Counted from the stretch's first letter, positions 1 through 11,580 are shown. The stretch is DNA of 64,000 nt from Carcharhinus longimanus (GCA_030264375.1 JASCQW010000162.1:57656113-57720112), one strand, 5' to 3'. Notes: generated by a model not told the origin, from the sequence alone. A program made the numbers and translations.

Positions 1-165
1 GAAAATCAACAGGAGTGAACTCAAAGGTGGGGATAATTGAATCAGTCTCTTGGCACTCCCTACGTTGGCAACTGTGAGGAGAAGGCCAATATGGTGCCAG
101 AGGAAGCAGGAGAGTGGTTCTATCTCTCTATGAATGCACCGATTTTGGGTTGTTTGGCCACATTT
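1..165 (-). other. Candidate exon running off the window edge (coding status unknown)
   Basis: Minus strand reads tttcatgtttctgtttttccctattgattAG|AAATGTGG, with the acceptor AG at 167-166. The phase-0 frame is open to position 1 (KCGQTTQNRCIHREIEPLSCFLWHHIGLLLTVANVGSAKRLIQLSPPLSSLLLIF). A donor AG|GTAAGG at 310/309 would define a 144-bp intron. Confidence 0.3.
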
Positions 166-774
166 CTAATCAATAGGGAAAAACAGAAACATGAAATACA
201 ATCCCGCAGGGAAAAAAAACATATTGAACATCTGTTTACATCCACTGAAAACAAAGTTATTTATCTGAACTTAATATTAAACCCATTTTATTTTTGAAAC
301 TGTCCTTACCTATTTGATCCAGCCAAGAGTTTGAGAAACCGGATAATTGAACATCAAGGAACAGCACGCATCAGAGAGCAGGCAGCATTGAGAGAGAGAA
401 ACATTTTCATTAGATTTTGCCATTTTAATGGAAGAAGAAGAAAATAGACTTGAAAAAAAAGGTACGATATGCCCAACTTATTGCCAGGTTTTTAATGAAA
501 AAAATAATAAACTGAAAATCTATCCACCCCATTAGAACGGCCAGCTCAGGAGTAAACAATGCAATCTCTGTACAAACATCAGTTGTTATCAGTGCTGAAA
601 TTTAATCTCAGTTCCAAATGAGATCTAGTTCCATTCATCACAAGATATGAAAGAACATGGGGAGGGAGAGGCACATGCAGAGCTAAACTCACCAGCGATT
701 TGTTTAGTTGTTACACTGCTATGAAACTGGGACTGCATCAATTCTTCATGGGCATGTCACAATAGTGAGTGTTA

Positions 775-930
775 CATAGAACTGCATAGAATTCATAGCA
801 CAAAAGTAAAGCCATTCAGCCCAGCTGTTCTATGCCAAAGGCTAGGCTTCACATGAGCTAGTTCCCCCACTGCATTATTTAACTCTTAACAGTGTATCTT
901 TCTATCCCTTTATCCCCCATGTACTTAACT
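775..930 (-). mobile_element. CR1-like LINE 3' end fragment
   Basis: catagaa repeats followed by 'gccattcagccca', the reverse complement of the CR1/HE1-type tail seen elsewhere in the window. Confidence 0.55.
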
Positions 931-1014
931 TAGCTCCTAAAAGATTTAGCTCATCATCCGCTGTTATCATTGTTACCATTTGCGACAGTGTGAAATGCAA
1001 GTTATGTCAAAAAG

Positions 1015-1320
1015 AAAATCTTTTAATGCAGGGCAACATCCCAAGGCACTTCAGAGAAACAGTGCTGAACAAATTTGGCACCAAACTGCAAATGGAGATA
1101 TTCAGACAAATTGGTCAAAGAGGCAGGTTTTAAAGGAGGACAGGGAGAGAGAGGAAAGGTGGTTTGAAGAGGCTACTCCAGAGTCTAAGGCCTAGGCATC
1201 TGAAGGCATGGTTGCCAATGGTGGGCCAATAAAAATCAGTAATGCACAAGAGGCCAGACTTGGAGGACAGCAGGTAGCTGACATACCTCACAACACTAAC
1301 ATTCAAGAAGTGTCGACAGG
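1015..1320 (-). mobile_element. L2 LINE 3' fragment
   Basis: 'catcccaaggcacttc...ggtcaaagaggcaggttttaaaggagg...gcacaagaggccaga' recurs at 21125, 32575, 50755 and 52100, and in the opposite orientation at 7400/8250. Confidence 0.65.
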
Positions 1321-1919
1321 ACAAAAGACCGGGCATGCTTTTGTTGGTGGTAATAGTGGTTGACTAACCCATTCGCATTCATTGCATAAAGAGTAGCCAT
1401 CTTGGAAAAGGCATTTAGGTTAGCTGCGGAACCATAAATAGCAACACTTCTGGCTGATAATGAACAAACAGTAAGAATTGGGGCATGGCCAGAACAAAGA
1501 GAACCGCATGAGCACACTCCTCTGTGAAACTATTCCAGTTCAAGGTTAAATAACCTGAAGTGTGACTGTCACTAAAACCAGGAATTGATCAGAACACAAT
1601 GGCTATTAGTGCTCCTTGGAAACTGTGGACAAAACACTCTCATAAACTCCATGAAACAAGTCCACATATTGAACTCCGCACTGGGATAGAAAGAAGACTC
1701 AAGAGATGATATCTTTCCGTATCACAGAACAATCCATTGCACTTGGTCAGCACACAACACAAATTTTGACCATTCTCATTTTAATAAGAGCTCCGCTAAT
1801 TAATAAAATTATTTTTTCTCCAAATATGCTGCTAAATTGTCAGGCTTCAAGGTTCTTAAAAATTCAAGTGGTTATAAACAAACTGAGTTCAATTCATAGG
1901 ACAGTGGAATAGAGACAGT

Positions 1920-2046
1920 GGGTGGGATTTTACAGCCTTGCTCATCCCAAAACCGTAAAATCCCACAATAGGTCACCGGACCTTTCTTTTGGCTGCCCCT
2001 CCACCGCTCCGATTCCCGTGGCGGGTGGGACGATAAAATTTTGGTC
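1920..2046. mobile_element. MITE-like element with 3-bp TSD (PIF/Harbinger-like)
   Basis: Ends GGGTGGGATTTTAC ... GATAAAATTTTGGTC, flanked by AGT (1917-1919) and AGT (2047-2049). Related to 45928-46038. Confidence 0.6.
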
Positions 2047-2049
2047 AGT

Positions 2050-2165
2050 GTTTCAGGTCGATGACTTTTTGTCAGAATGTGTAACATTCACTTTCCACAA
2101 ATGTTGCCAGACCTGCTGAATATTTTCAGCACTTTGTTTTTATTTCAGACCTCCAACATCTGCCC
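2050..2165. mobile_element. Penelope-like terminal fragment: inverted hammerhead-like arm plus forward tail
   Basis: Minus 2077-2050 reads TTCTGACAAAAAGTCATCGACCTGAAAC (degenerate CUGANGA, hairpin, GAAA). It is followed on plus by 'ccagacctgctgaatattttcagcac...tttatttcaga', a tail also present at ~3200, 19330, 32920 and 50410. Confidence 0.55.
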
Positions 2166-2989
2166 AAGTTTATTTCTTGTTCTCCTTTGGAGAGTCAGAC
2201 ATTGTCAGCTTAGTCAATGACAGGGACAATGATTAAGTGAAGGTGAACAGTAAAACACTTGACAAAATGACAAGGATGTGCTAATGGCTTTATTACCAAC
2301 CATCAATCACCTCAAAGCAGAGGCCAAAATGGAAATGAATGCCAACAGCAATAACTCTGGTAGCTTCAATCTCTCCAGCTCTTTTTACATGCAGCATTTT
2401 TGCTCTCAATGCATGTCATGTTATCTCTATCGCCCTTAAATGCTTTGGGTACAGCACTCATCACACAAAATTAAGGCTATTGCAAAATGCACTCTTTTAG
2501 TGAGGGAAGGCAGTCCCATTCACATGTACACTGTGGTCTGAATGATGCCCACATTTTCAAAAAGTGAAACGCATTTCATTTTTTTCTTCTCACTCTGAAA
2601 CAACTATTTAAGTGATAAAGCCAAAGGGAACCTGTGCTCTCACCCTTTACTTGCTTTGCTGAAGCACCTGCCTCTAGTCTCCTCGTCCCTAAGCTCTGGA
2701 ATACTTTTGCTCTCCTTATTTAAGATGGCCTTCAAAACCTACTTCCTTGACTATACTTTAGTCTGTTAGTTTAATTTGCTACTCCTCCCCCATTCTTGTA
2801 GTCCTTTGGCCTTCCACACCGTTCTCAAGAAGCCTATTGTAAGCTCAAGGAACAGCATCTAACCTTTCCATTAGGCATTGAATACATATCCAAACTCAAC
2901 ATTTAGTTCATAACCCCTGCTCCCATATTGTTCTCTTTTTTTTGATTTTTGTTTTTGGTTGGTAATGTTGGTAATAATTCTGCTTTCCC

Positions 2990-3305
2990 AGTTAAATCTC
3001 CTCTTACACAGCTTTTGTTTCTTGACATGCTCCATTCTTGCCCCTTTTTGCCCTGCATCAAAAACATCCCTTTTGTCATTTAATCCCACCTGTCTCCAAC
3101 CTGCCACAGAACTATTCTTTGGTTCTTTTCCACCTCTATACATGTTTTTCACTTGTCACATTCTCTTAATTGTTTTCCAATTCCGATTATCTGGATTATT
3201 AATCTGAAATGTTAACTCTGTTTCCCTCTCTACAGTTGCTGCCAGATTTTTTCCAGCATCTTCTGCTTTTATTTCAGATTTCCAGCATCCACAGTATTTT
3301 GCTTT
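2990..3305 (+). mobile_element. Penelope-like 3' terminal region (degenerate)
   Basis: Pyrimidine-rich UTR, then 'ctgaaatgttaactctgtttccctctctacag...tttcagatttccagcatccacagtattttgc'. Same family as 2050-2165. Confidence 0.5.
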
Positions 3306-4284
3306 CCTTTCTGGACCAAGTGCTTGGTTGCCTAAACCAAAGTTTTTTCTTTGGTCTGTTGCACACTTCTGTCCCGATTATGCTCCTGTGAAGTACCTTG
3401 GGACATCTTAGGTTAAGGATGCTAAATAAATGCAAGTCATTGTTGTTGGACTTGTTTCCATTTCAATTCTCATAACCCTGACAGACAAAACTGATTGCAA
3501 TGGAGACTCATTGGCATTCCAACTGTGAGTCATCTTTTACAATTCTATCATTCATGAAATTAAATAGTTTTGAATTCCCCAACATTTGGTACTTCAACCC
3601 TTCTCCAAAACACCCAACAAATCACAGTCCCTCTTTATTTTAGCCTCCCAAACGATTTATGCCTAATGTACTGATTTCACAGCCATCCGAGTCAAAACTT
3701 AATTTTTATTACACACTTTTATTAGTGGCTGGGGGAATCAAATTTCGCTCATTTATAATTATGTCTGCTGGTTTATGGTGATTAAGTGTCAAATTTGATT
3801 TTGATGTATGGGAGTCTCAGCAAACAGCTCCCCAAACCATTAATTCTCTCAGACGTCCATCCTCTACACCTCTCAATCTTGAGGCAAGCTTCTCAATCAC
3901 CCAACAAATCAAGTTGTCTGAATCCCAGTTGTTGGCAATGTTCTAGTCGGTACGTCTACACACCTTGTGTTCATCTGGTGTTCCTTCTGAGAAGCATCAA
4001 AGATCTCCATGATTGCTACGCATTTCTTCGGGGTTTTCATTTAATCCAGGTGCACAGTCTCAAAACTGGCAACTCTGGCACTGAGGCTTTGCCGGATTTC
4101 AGATTTTGCCTGATCTTGATTTGGGTGGTTTGGGCCATGGGCAATTCAGGTCAAGGTAGTCAGGTGGGTTCAAAGGTAGCTTGCAGCACAGGAATGAGAC
4201 TGGCACACAACCAGCAAAGGGGATACTAGCCAGGTGTCACAACATGCCAATGCAGTGCCTATCCACATTATCTAGAAAAGTTAT

Positions 4285-4520
4285 TTAATAACATAAGAAA
4301 TAGGAGCCATCTGGCCCTTCGAGCCTGCNNNNNNNNNNNNNNNNNNNNNNNNNNNNNNNNNNNNNNNNNNNNNNNNNNNNNNNNNNNNNNNNNNNNNNNN
4401 NNNNNNNNNNNNNNNNNNNNNNNNNNNNACATTAAATTCCATTTGCCAGTTCCTGGCCCATTCGCCCAGCCTATCTAGATCCTTCTGCAGACTCTCCACA
4501 CCCTCTGCGCAATTTGCCGT
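4285..4520 (-). mobile_element. CR1 LINE, gap-collapsed (RT fragment and 3' tail)
   Basis: Translation SLQKDLDRLGEWARNWQMEFN is a typical CR1 RT motif. The 3' tail 'gcaggctcgaagggccagatggctcctatttcttatgt' lies across the N gap. Confidence 0.85.
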
Positions 4521-5239
4521 TTTTTTAATTTAAAATTGAAGCATTGTAAACATGTCCAGTTTCCAGAGAACTCGAGTTTTTGAACAGCTGGATTCGAGAC
4601 ACTGTGCTGTATTTATTTTTGTGAAGATTACGTTTTAACAATCTAGCTGACCAGTTCTGTGATATATGTCTATTGGGAGTTTGGGGTGCGTATTGTCCCT
4701 TTACAAGTGTGGGCTATGTGACCCCTGAGATGGGCTAAACTCCTCCCAGCATGGAACCCGGTTAAGCAGTCTAGGATTTGACTGTGGAACAGTGCACACC
4801 TATAATAGAGTTCCCCAGTGTTTATGTTATGAGGCCTACTTTGTGGTTCTTGCACCTCGCTTTGATAAGTACATACATAATAAGTACTAAACGCTCCTTC
4901 GATACAGCACACAATACTTTCTTTTCCAATGAATTAAAGGGTAAAACCAAAAGCCTATGAAACGGGCATCACACTGTGCATAGTGTTGCTTAAAATGTTC
5001 ATGTTTCCATCAGCATTCCGGATCCATGGAAAGCACCTCTCGCAACTTGCACCTAACAAAGACAAGTCCATATCTATGTGTGTTAGATATGGGGTTATTA
5101 GCTTAACGAAAATCCAATTACATCTTATATCTAATAGTAATTGGATTTTCTAGCACATATGTCAAGGCCATTCAACCCAGTACAGAGAGTCCCAATGCCT
5201 CAATTTATGGATTCACCATGTGACAGGAGGCGAGTCAAC

Positions 5240-6015
5240 CAGCTTAACAAGGTCCTAGGTTTTATCCTTAGTCTGTGCTTTTTTAATTGCTCTCAATCAG
5301 GACAGTGATAGAGACGTCAGAGGTGGTTTCAACAATTTGGATTCAGGAGCAAATAAAATCAGCTAGGCTTCACCGCACTGTAGCAATCCTCAAGGGTAAA
5401 TGCACCTGCAATGTTGTGTGAAAAAAGAAAGACTTGCAATTCTATTATGCTTTTCACAATCTCAGGACAACACAATGTGCCTTTACAGCTAAACAGAATC
5501 TTTTGGCATGCGGTCCTGATTGTAACCGTGGAAATGCAGCTGGCAATTTGTGCACTGCAAGATCCCAATGATAGCAAAAAGTGATAATGACCAGATCATC
5601 TGTTTCAATGTTGTTGGTTAAGGGATAAAATATTTGCCTGGACACTGTGGAGAAAGAATTCCCTTGCTCTTCTCTGAAGTCGTACCATGGAATCTTTTAT
5701 ATTCATTTGAGGAGGCAGGAGCTGTTTAACATTTCATCTGAAAGATGTCACCTCCAACAATGTAGCAATCCCTCTGCACTGTGCTAAAGTGTCAGGCTAG
5801 ATTTTGTGCTCTAATCTCTGGAGTGGGACTTGACCCAACAACTTAAGAAGGAAGTTCACTGCCAACTGAGCCACAGCTGATGTTGTAAGCTGGATCAAGC
5901 TCAGCTGTGGTGCCCTTAACTGTCAAAGAACTAGTCATAACATGACCGTCCCGGCATGTTGGGCAGTATGAAGAATGACTGCCCAATCATGAGGTACCAC
6001 CTACAGGAGTGAGAG
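5240..6015 (+). mobile_element. AmnSINE2-like old SINE split by a DeuSINE insertion
   Basis: 'ggtcctaggttttatccttagtctgtgc...aaaatcagctagg' (5250-5370) resumes at ~5885 with 'ggatcaagctcagctgtggtgccc...atgaagaatgactgc...gaggtacc'. Confidence 0.5.
5427..5880 (-). mobile_element. Near full-length DeuSINE (SacSINE1-like)
   Basis: tRNA-like head (TGGCTCAGTTGG...GGGTCAAGTCCCACTCCAGAGA), Deu-type core (GATTCCATGGTAC...GAAGAGCA...GATCTGGTCATTATCAC) and L2-like tail ending TTGCAAGTCTTTC. Confidence 0.75.
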
Positions 6016-6417
6016 CAAGACAGGGGGTAAAAAATGGCATGTAAAGAAATCGCTTGAAAAAAAATGTATGCGTGCGCTTCATGGCAGCAGACATTTGTTC
6101 AGATCAAGCTGCTGAGCTTTATACAGGATTACCACAGGCAGTTTTATATTTAAAATGGTAATGGGGTAAACAGAACCCAATGAGTTTTGTGCACATAGTG
6201 TGAATAAATTGAGATTATCCACAGTACACAGGTCTCACTACCTTATCTGTTGATGCATTTACCAACTGTGAAGAGAATTTCTACATTTTATTTGAGTCAA
6301 GTATCTGTCTATTGATAGCAATATCTATATTAATCCACAATCGAAGCAAAACAAGGTATCTGGTACACATTTTCTGTCCATTGCCCCAAAAGTTGTCACT
6401 TTAAAGTAAGCTTAAGT

Positions 6418-6600
6418 GTTGAACAACTCCTGTCCCCTCAGGTGAATGTAAAAGATTCCATGGTACTACTTCAAAGAAGAGCAGAGGAGTTCTTTCTCCC
6501 CAGGGTCCAGGCAAATAATTTATCCTTTAACCAACAACATTGAAACAGATGATCTGATCATTATCACTTTGCTAGTATTGGAATCTTGCAGTGCACAAAA
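6418..6600 (+). mobile_element. DeuSINE core fragment, inverted near-copy of 5546-5730
   Basis: By-eye alignment to the reverse complement of 5546-5730 gives about 20 mismatches and one 2-nt gap over ~180 nt. Confidence 0.8.
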
Positions 6601-7673
6601 GTAAAATATGAAGCCTGTCATCAAATGAGAATACTTTAGTTGGCAAAAGAGACAGAATGTCTTCAACCTAGAACTGACCTCAGCAATTACACTTTGAAGA
6701 AACACAGACAGAGGCTTGCAGCTGGAAGATCAATTAAGTTATAAGCCTCACCCAGTGTTTATTCAACAGCAGCAAGGTTATTTATCGCCTTGAAGGAATA
6801 CGGCTTCATCTCGGCAGCAGCATAATCCATGGCAAATTTGCGCTCCTTAAAAAAGTATATCCTTTGAGTTGCATGAGTAACAACGTAGGATCTGTCAACA
6901 CATATAAAAATATCTTATTGCCAGTGCATGACTGTGATACTCAAGATATCAAAAAGTGCTCCAGAGGGACAACAATCAAAAATTGAAAATTGAGTCTTTT
7001 ATTCTGGATTTAGTGAGTTGCAGTCTGAATCTACATTAAAGTTGTTGATCTTCAATTTAATTAAATTACTCTATGAATAGTTATAATTACCTAGATATGC
7101 CCAAGAGGTAGCATTAAATGGACAGGCCAGATGAGTAACTAGCTATCATAAAGTTCCAGACCCCAGGCTGCCCATGAGCAAATTTCACAAACTCAAGTCT
7201 ACATTGAGAATTATACCCTCTGTTTTACTATCTCCTGTCAACCTACATCAAGTTCTATTGGGCACAATTTCTTTTCAAACGTGAGTTTGTATTTTGCATT
7301 CTGCTATATTAACAACTGTCTATGTGTGGACAACAAGCTTATTTCATAATGTTCAGAAGAGAAATATGATCAAATCTCTTAACCTCCTGCAACAAGAACT
7401 GCATTCCTCCAGCTCCAGCCTTTGTAAAATTCCTTCACCAATCTTTGGCAGCTATGCTGTCAACTCTTTAGGCTCCAAGCTCTGGAATCCCCCTCTAAAT
7501 GATTCTTCCTCCAGTATGGGGCGGCAGAGTGATTAGCACTGCTGCCTCACAGCACCAGGGACCCAGGTTCAATTCTAGCCTCGGGTCACTGTCTGTGTGG
7601 AGTTTGCACGTTCCCCCCAAGTCTGCGTGGGTTTCCTGTCACAGTCCAAGAAAAGTGTGGGTTAGATTGATTG

Positions 7674-8100
7674 ATGTGGAGATGTCAGCCATCATGACAT
7701 AAGACAATGCAGAATCGCTGAGCAGAAACTGATAGCCAAGTTCCGCACACATAAGGATGACCTCAACCGGGATCTTGGGTTCATGTCACACTATCTGTAA
7801 CCCCCATGACTTGCCTGGGATTGCAAAATCTCACTAACTGTCCTAGCTGGAGACAATACACATCTCCTTAACCTGTGCTGAACCCTCTCTCCACTCACAT
7901 TGTCTGTACCTTTTAAGACTTGATTACCTGTAAAGACTCACATTCCAACCATTATTCTGTAAATTGAGTTTGTGTCTTTATGTGCCCTGTTTGTGAACAG
8001 AACTCCCACTTATGATGAAGGAGCAGCGCTCTGAAAGTTTGTGGCTTGTGCTACCAAATAAACCTGTTGGACTTTAATCTGGTGTTGTGAGACTTCTTAC
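7674..8100 (+). mobile_element. 5'-truncated Penelope-like element (end of GIY-YIG ORF plus pseudo-LTR)
   Basis: Translates RQCRIAEQKLIAKFRTHKDDLNRDLGFMSHYL*, matching the PLE endonuclease C-terminal pattern E..LI..F.T...GLN.D. A short inverted pLTR piece lies at its 5' end. TSD TTAGATTGATTG (7662-7673) / TTAGGTTGATTG (8101-8112). Confidence 0.85.
8007..8044 (+). ncRNA. Degenerate minimal hammerhead ribozyme motif in the PLE pseudo-LTR
   Basis: CACTT ATGATGA AGGAGC AGC GCTCT GAAA GTTT GTG: (C>A)UGAUGA core, stem II and GAAA. Core mutated, probably inactive. Confidence 0.65.
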
Positions 8101-8699
8101 TTAGGTTGATTGGCCATGTTAGATTGACCCTAGTACCCGGGAATTAACAGGGTAAATATGTGGGGATACATGAATGTGGCCTGGGTGGGATTATGGTCGG
8201 TGCAGACTCGGTGGATCGAATGACCTCTTTCTGCAATACAGGGATTCTATCTCACTCTCCTTTTTTTAAAGATGTTCCTTAACATCTACTTCTTTGACCA
8301 AGCTCTGGTCACCTGCCCTAATATCTCCTTCTTTGGTTTGATACTAATAGTTGTCGGATTATTCTCGGCAGATGTTTCACTGCGTTAAAGGCAGTATATA
8401 CATGCAAGTTATTCTTAAATGCAAGTCAGATGTGACATAACAATGCAGTTTTTTTTCCCTACAGCTTTACAAGCAAGACAAGATGCAAAACAAACTTGCA
8501 GGAATCCCTAAACATGAGAGTCTTTGATCTCATTATGGCTGAAGACTGCTCCTTCTATTACAGCATGCAATGGAAGTGGAAATACTGCAGATTTGCTCTC
8601 AAATGATACGAGCAAAAATGAAAACCTTTTGGCCCCAGACATCGTGAACTCTTCCAGCTGTATTTCAGTGATACAACATTGTATTGAAGGCATAATACG

Positions 8700-9000
8700 A
8701 ACATACATACAAACAATCGTAAGCAATTCAGCCCCTTGAACCTGTTCCAAAATCCAATAAGATCATAGCTGATCTGATTTTGGCCTTAGGTCCACATTCT
8801 GCTGACCCCCAATAATGTTTGGCTCCCTAGTTAGCCAAGAATCTCTCTACCTGTGCCTTCAAAATATTTATGAATCCTGTCTCCATTGCTCTCTGGGGAA
8901 GATACTGCCAAAGACACTCAAACCTCAGAGAAAAAGTTTCTTTTCATCTCCATCTTAAATGGGAAATCCCTTATTTTTAAATGGTGTGCCTTAGTTCTAG
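8700..9000 (-). mobile_element. CR1 LINE 3' UTR fragment
   Basis: 'caattcagccccttgaacctgttcc...ataagatcatagctgatctg...cctcagagaaaaagtttcttttcatctccatcttaaatggg' is the reverse complement of the CR1 ORF2 end and UTR. Confidence 0.7.
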
Positions 9001-9104
9001 CAGTGTTATCCCACATGCCCACAAAATTAATAAAAAACCCTATTTCACAGTTTCTGGTTATATTCAATCAGCTACGGAATAAACAGGAATCCTTGAACTC
9101 AGCC

Positions 9105-9317
9105 TGTCGCGATTATCCCTTTAAGGGCAACACAGAAGAGTAAGGGTGACCTGGCCTGGGTGACACGTCAGGACTCAGATTGGGGAATTGCCCCACAGGG
9201 AGGAGTTCTCCTAGGCAGAGGCATTTTAGATCTGGCTGCAAACATGCTGCTGTTCTTGAAGATCNNNNNNNNNNCATCAGCGGAATGTGGAGCTGAGGCC
9301 AAAAGTGCATCATCACA
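9105..9317. mobile_element. Possible solo LTR (gap inside)
   Basis: Begins TGTCGCGATTATCCCTTTAAG and ends ATCACA (TG...CA). A similar 'tgtcccttta' start occurs near 4658-4910. TSD not convincing. Confidence 0.25.
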
Positions 9318-10976
9318 CAGTTATAGTGTCATTATTTCCAAAGTGATCATTTCCCAACTCCAATACTAGCACGACTCCGTGACAACCTCATTATTGAGGT
9401 CAGGAACGGCACGCTGTACATTGCATGGACTTCTGATCAATGTGACACTTTCTCTGCAGTCTTCTTTTATTGATCACAGTGGCTTTTTCAAAATGACTTT
9501 TGAAGCATTTATCAAACTTCATTTGCTTCGGACACTCTTTTTGATAAACTCCCACAGACAAGAATAGGTATTAATTGTTCAAAGAAGAACAGAATACCAC
9601 GACCAAACACCACCTTCTGATGGGCCTCTCTACCTTTTATAATACATCCATTCAATTAGTCAGTTATTAAGCTCAGAGACAGATTGCAATCTCTTTTAGA
9701 GAACAGTAACTTCACAACAATCATTTTGTTCAACTTTTGGGCTCATTTCTGATCAAAATGCAGATAATACAAATTGAGACTGAAACCTTCAAATCAATAA
9801 GGTCATTTTCCTCATTTCTAAGACCAGTTAACCTTCTACATTTCCAATGTTTAGACAGACATCTGACATTCAACACTGTGCGACAGAGGTTNNNNNNNNN
9901 NTCACTTCCATGAGCACAAGTGCACATCTCATTCCAAATAGCACGAGTGAAAGGAGAGGGTAACGGCTGAGTTTCACGTTTAAATTCTGCTCTTTAGGCA
10001 TCAGGAAAGAGTCTTTTTGCCAATTCTAATATTTCTTCATCTGCCTGCCCCACTGGTTCTAAAGTAAGCCTGTCATTAGCAGCTCAAACTTCCGGGCACC
10101 ACTAAGCTGGGAGGCAAAGAATTCTTCTGGGGTCGGCCGAGACCTCAGCCGAGCTTTCACATTAAAATGAGGCTGACTTCTTACTGCGATCCAACTAACA
10201 CAGTCTGAATGATAACTGCAAGCCCTACATCCCTTCAGTGTCCCAAGACATTCTATTGGTGCACAAGGCCCAGTGCTTCTAAGCCATCAGTAGGGGAATT
10301 GACATCTGTGATTTAAAGGTTGCTGGAGGGGAGAGTCGGCATTTACAACTGTGCAGCACACATCATGTCAAACGTGCTGTTGTCAGTTCGGTGCTAATTA
10401 AAGAGACAGCCAACACAGCATGGGTTGCAGTCAGGGTCAGTAAACTGGTTTCCTGAAACCCACCACCAATTAAATCATGAGGGTAGAACGAATGAGCTTG
10501 GAAAATGTCATCATGGGATAACTGGTTACCTTTGCTATTGAGTAAAAACGTCCATCTATTTTCACCCAATCTGCATATTCTCCTATTCCGAATGGGTTGT
10601 GACATTGATATTTCAATAAACATGATGAGGGAACAAAACTGAAGCCATGAAAAGTTTCTTACTAGTTCGGTTGGGACATGGAGTGAACTGGGGCCCTACA
10701 GATCTGGAAGAAATCACGGCTCTGCCCGAGTTGGCTTTACTTTGGCCGGGTCATGGAGCGGACACTTCAATCGCTCACATTGTATCGGAAAAGGAATTGG
10801 TGAAAGGGTCAGAGTGAGCGTGCAGATTATCAGTTTACTGTTACTCTTGGACTGCAATCAGAAGGTTGGCCTCCCCTCAACTAAGAGCGCACGTAGAAAA
10901 GACTTTCATTCACTTAATACTGATGTGAGTAAGGCACTGAACATTATCTCCAACTCAATTCCAGTAGGTTTTTTAG

Positions 10977-11262
10977 TTTATTTATTAGTGTCACGAGCAG
11001 GCTTACATTTACACTGCAATAAAGCTGCTTTGCCGTTTGGGTACACTGAGGGAGAATTTAGCACGGCCAATGCCCTTAACCAGCACTTCTTTTGGACTAT
11101 GGGAAGAAACAGGAGCAACTNNNNNNNNNNACTGGAGGAAACCCATGTAGACATGGGGAGAACGTGTAGACTTTACACAGACAGTGGTCCAAGCCGGGAA
11201 TCAAACCCAGGTCCCTGGCGCTGTAAGGCAGCAGTGCTAACCACTGTGCCACCATGCTGCCC
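10977..11262 (-). mobile_element. V-SINE, subfamily with alternative (Rex1-like) tail
   Basis: HE1-type head and V-domain, but the tail reads AATTCTCCCTCAGTGTACCCAAACGG...GTAAGCCTGCTCGTGACACTAATAAA. Confidence 0.85.
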
Positions 11263-11441
11263 ATAAGTAAGGAGTTGAGGTCTACATTCTAGAAATAAGG
11301 ATTTTCGTGTTCCAATCTTGCACTCAACTGCATACACTGTCACTACCGGAGATCTGAGACTTGATCTTGTTCATGCCCAAGAACAAATTAATTACTGAGA
11401 GTTTTGGTCATGTGAGGAGTGTATATATTGTGATACATAAA

Positions 11442-11580
11442 GGGTGGGATTCTCTGGTGTCATCATGGTGCGACCCATTGCCAGTGAGAAAGGAAAATTT
11501 GGCATTCCAGCCAAAACTCCATTCACTCTTAATGACACCGGAAAATCCCAGCCGCGAACAAGGACAAGAAATTTCGGCCC
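11442..11580. mobile_element. MITE-like element (~139 bp)
   Basis: Ends GGGTGGGATTCTC ... GAAATTTCGGCCC. Internal sequence homologous to 16054-16189. Confidence 0.6.

Larger units (their letters stand above)
7519..8250 (+). mobile_element. HE1-type V-SINE interrupted by a Penelope-like insertion
   Basis: Head 'ttagcactgctgcctcacagcaccagggacccaggttcaatt' and V-domain 'gtggagtttgcac...gtgggtttcc'. The sequence resumes at 8101 'ttaggttgattggccatg' and ends 'gggattctat'. Confidence 0.9.
7395..8412 (+). mobile_element. L2 3' end interrupted by an HE1 SINE (outer layer of a nested structure)
   Basis: L2 sequence 'ggctccaagctctggaatcccc' before 7515 resumes at 8251 'ctctcc...aagatgttccttaacatctacttctttgaccaagct' and ends 'atgcaagtt'. 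Confidence 0.65.

Noticed and set aside
3786-4229. 147-aa plus-strand ORF
   Set aside because: Non-ATG start, no recognisable domain, no convincing splice boundaries.
8466-8527. Plus-strand acceptor ttttttccctacAG followed by a short open stretch
   Set aside because: Frames close within ~20 codons, it abuts an L2 tail, and no partner exons were found on this strand.
10742-11266. 174-aa ORF
   Set aside because: Its second half is the antisense read of a V-SINE and it spans a gap.
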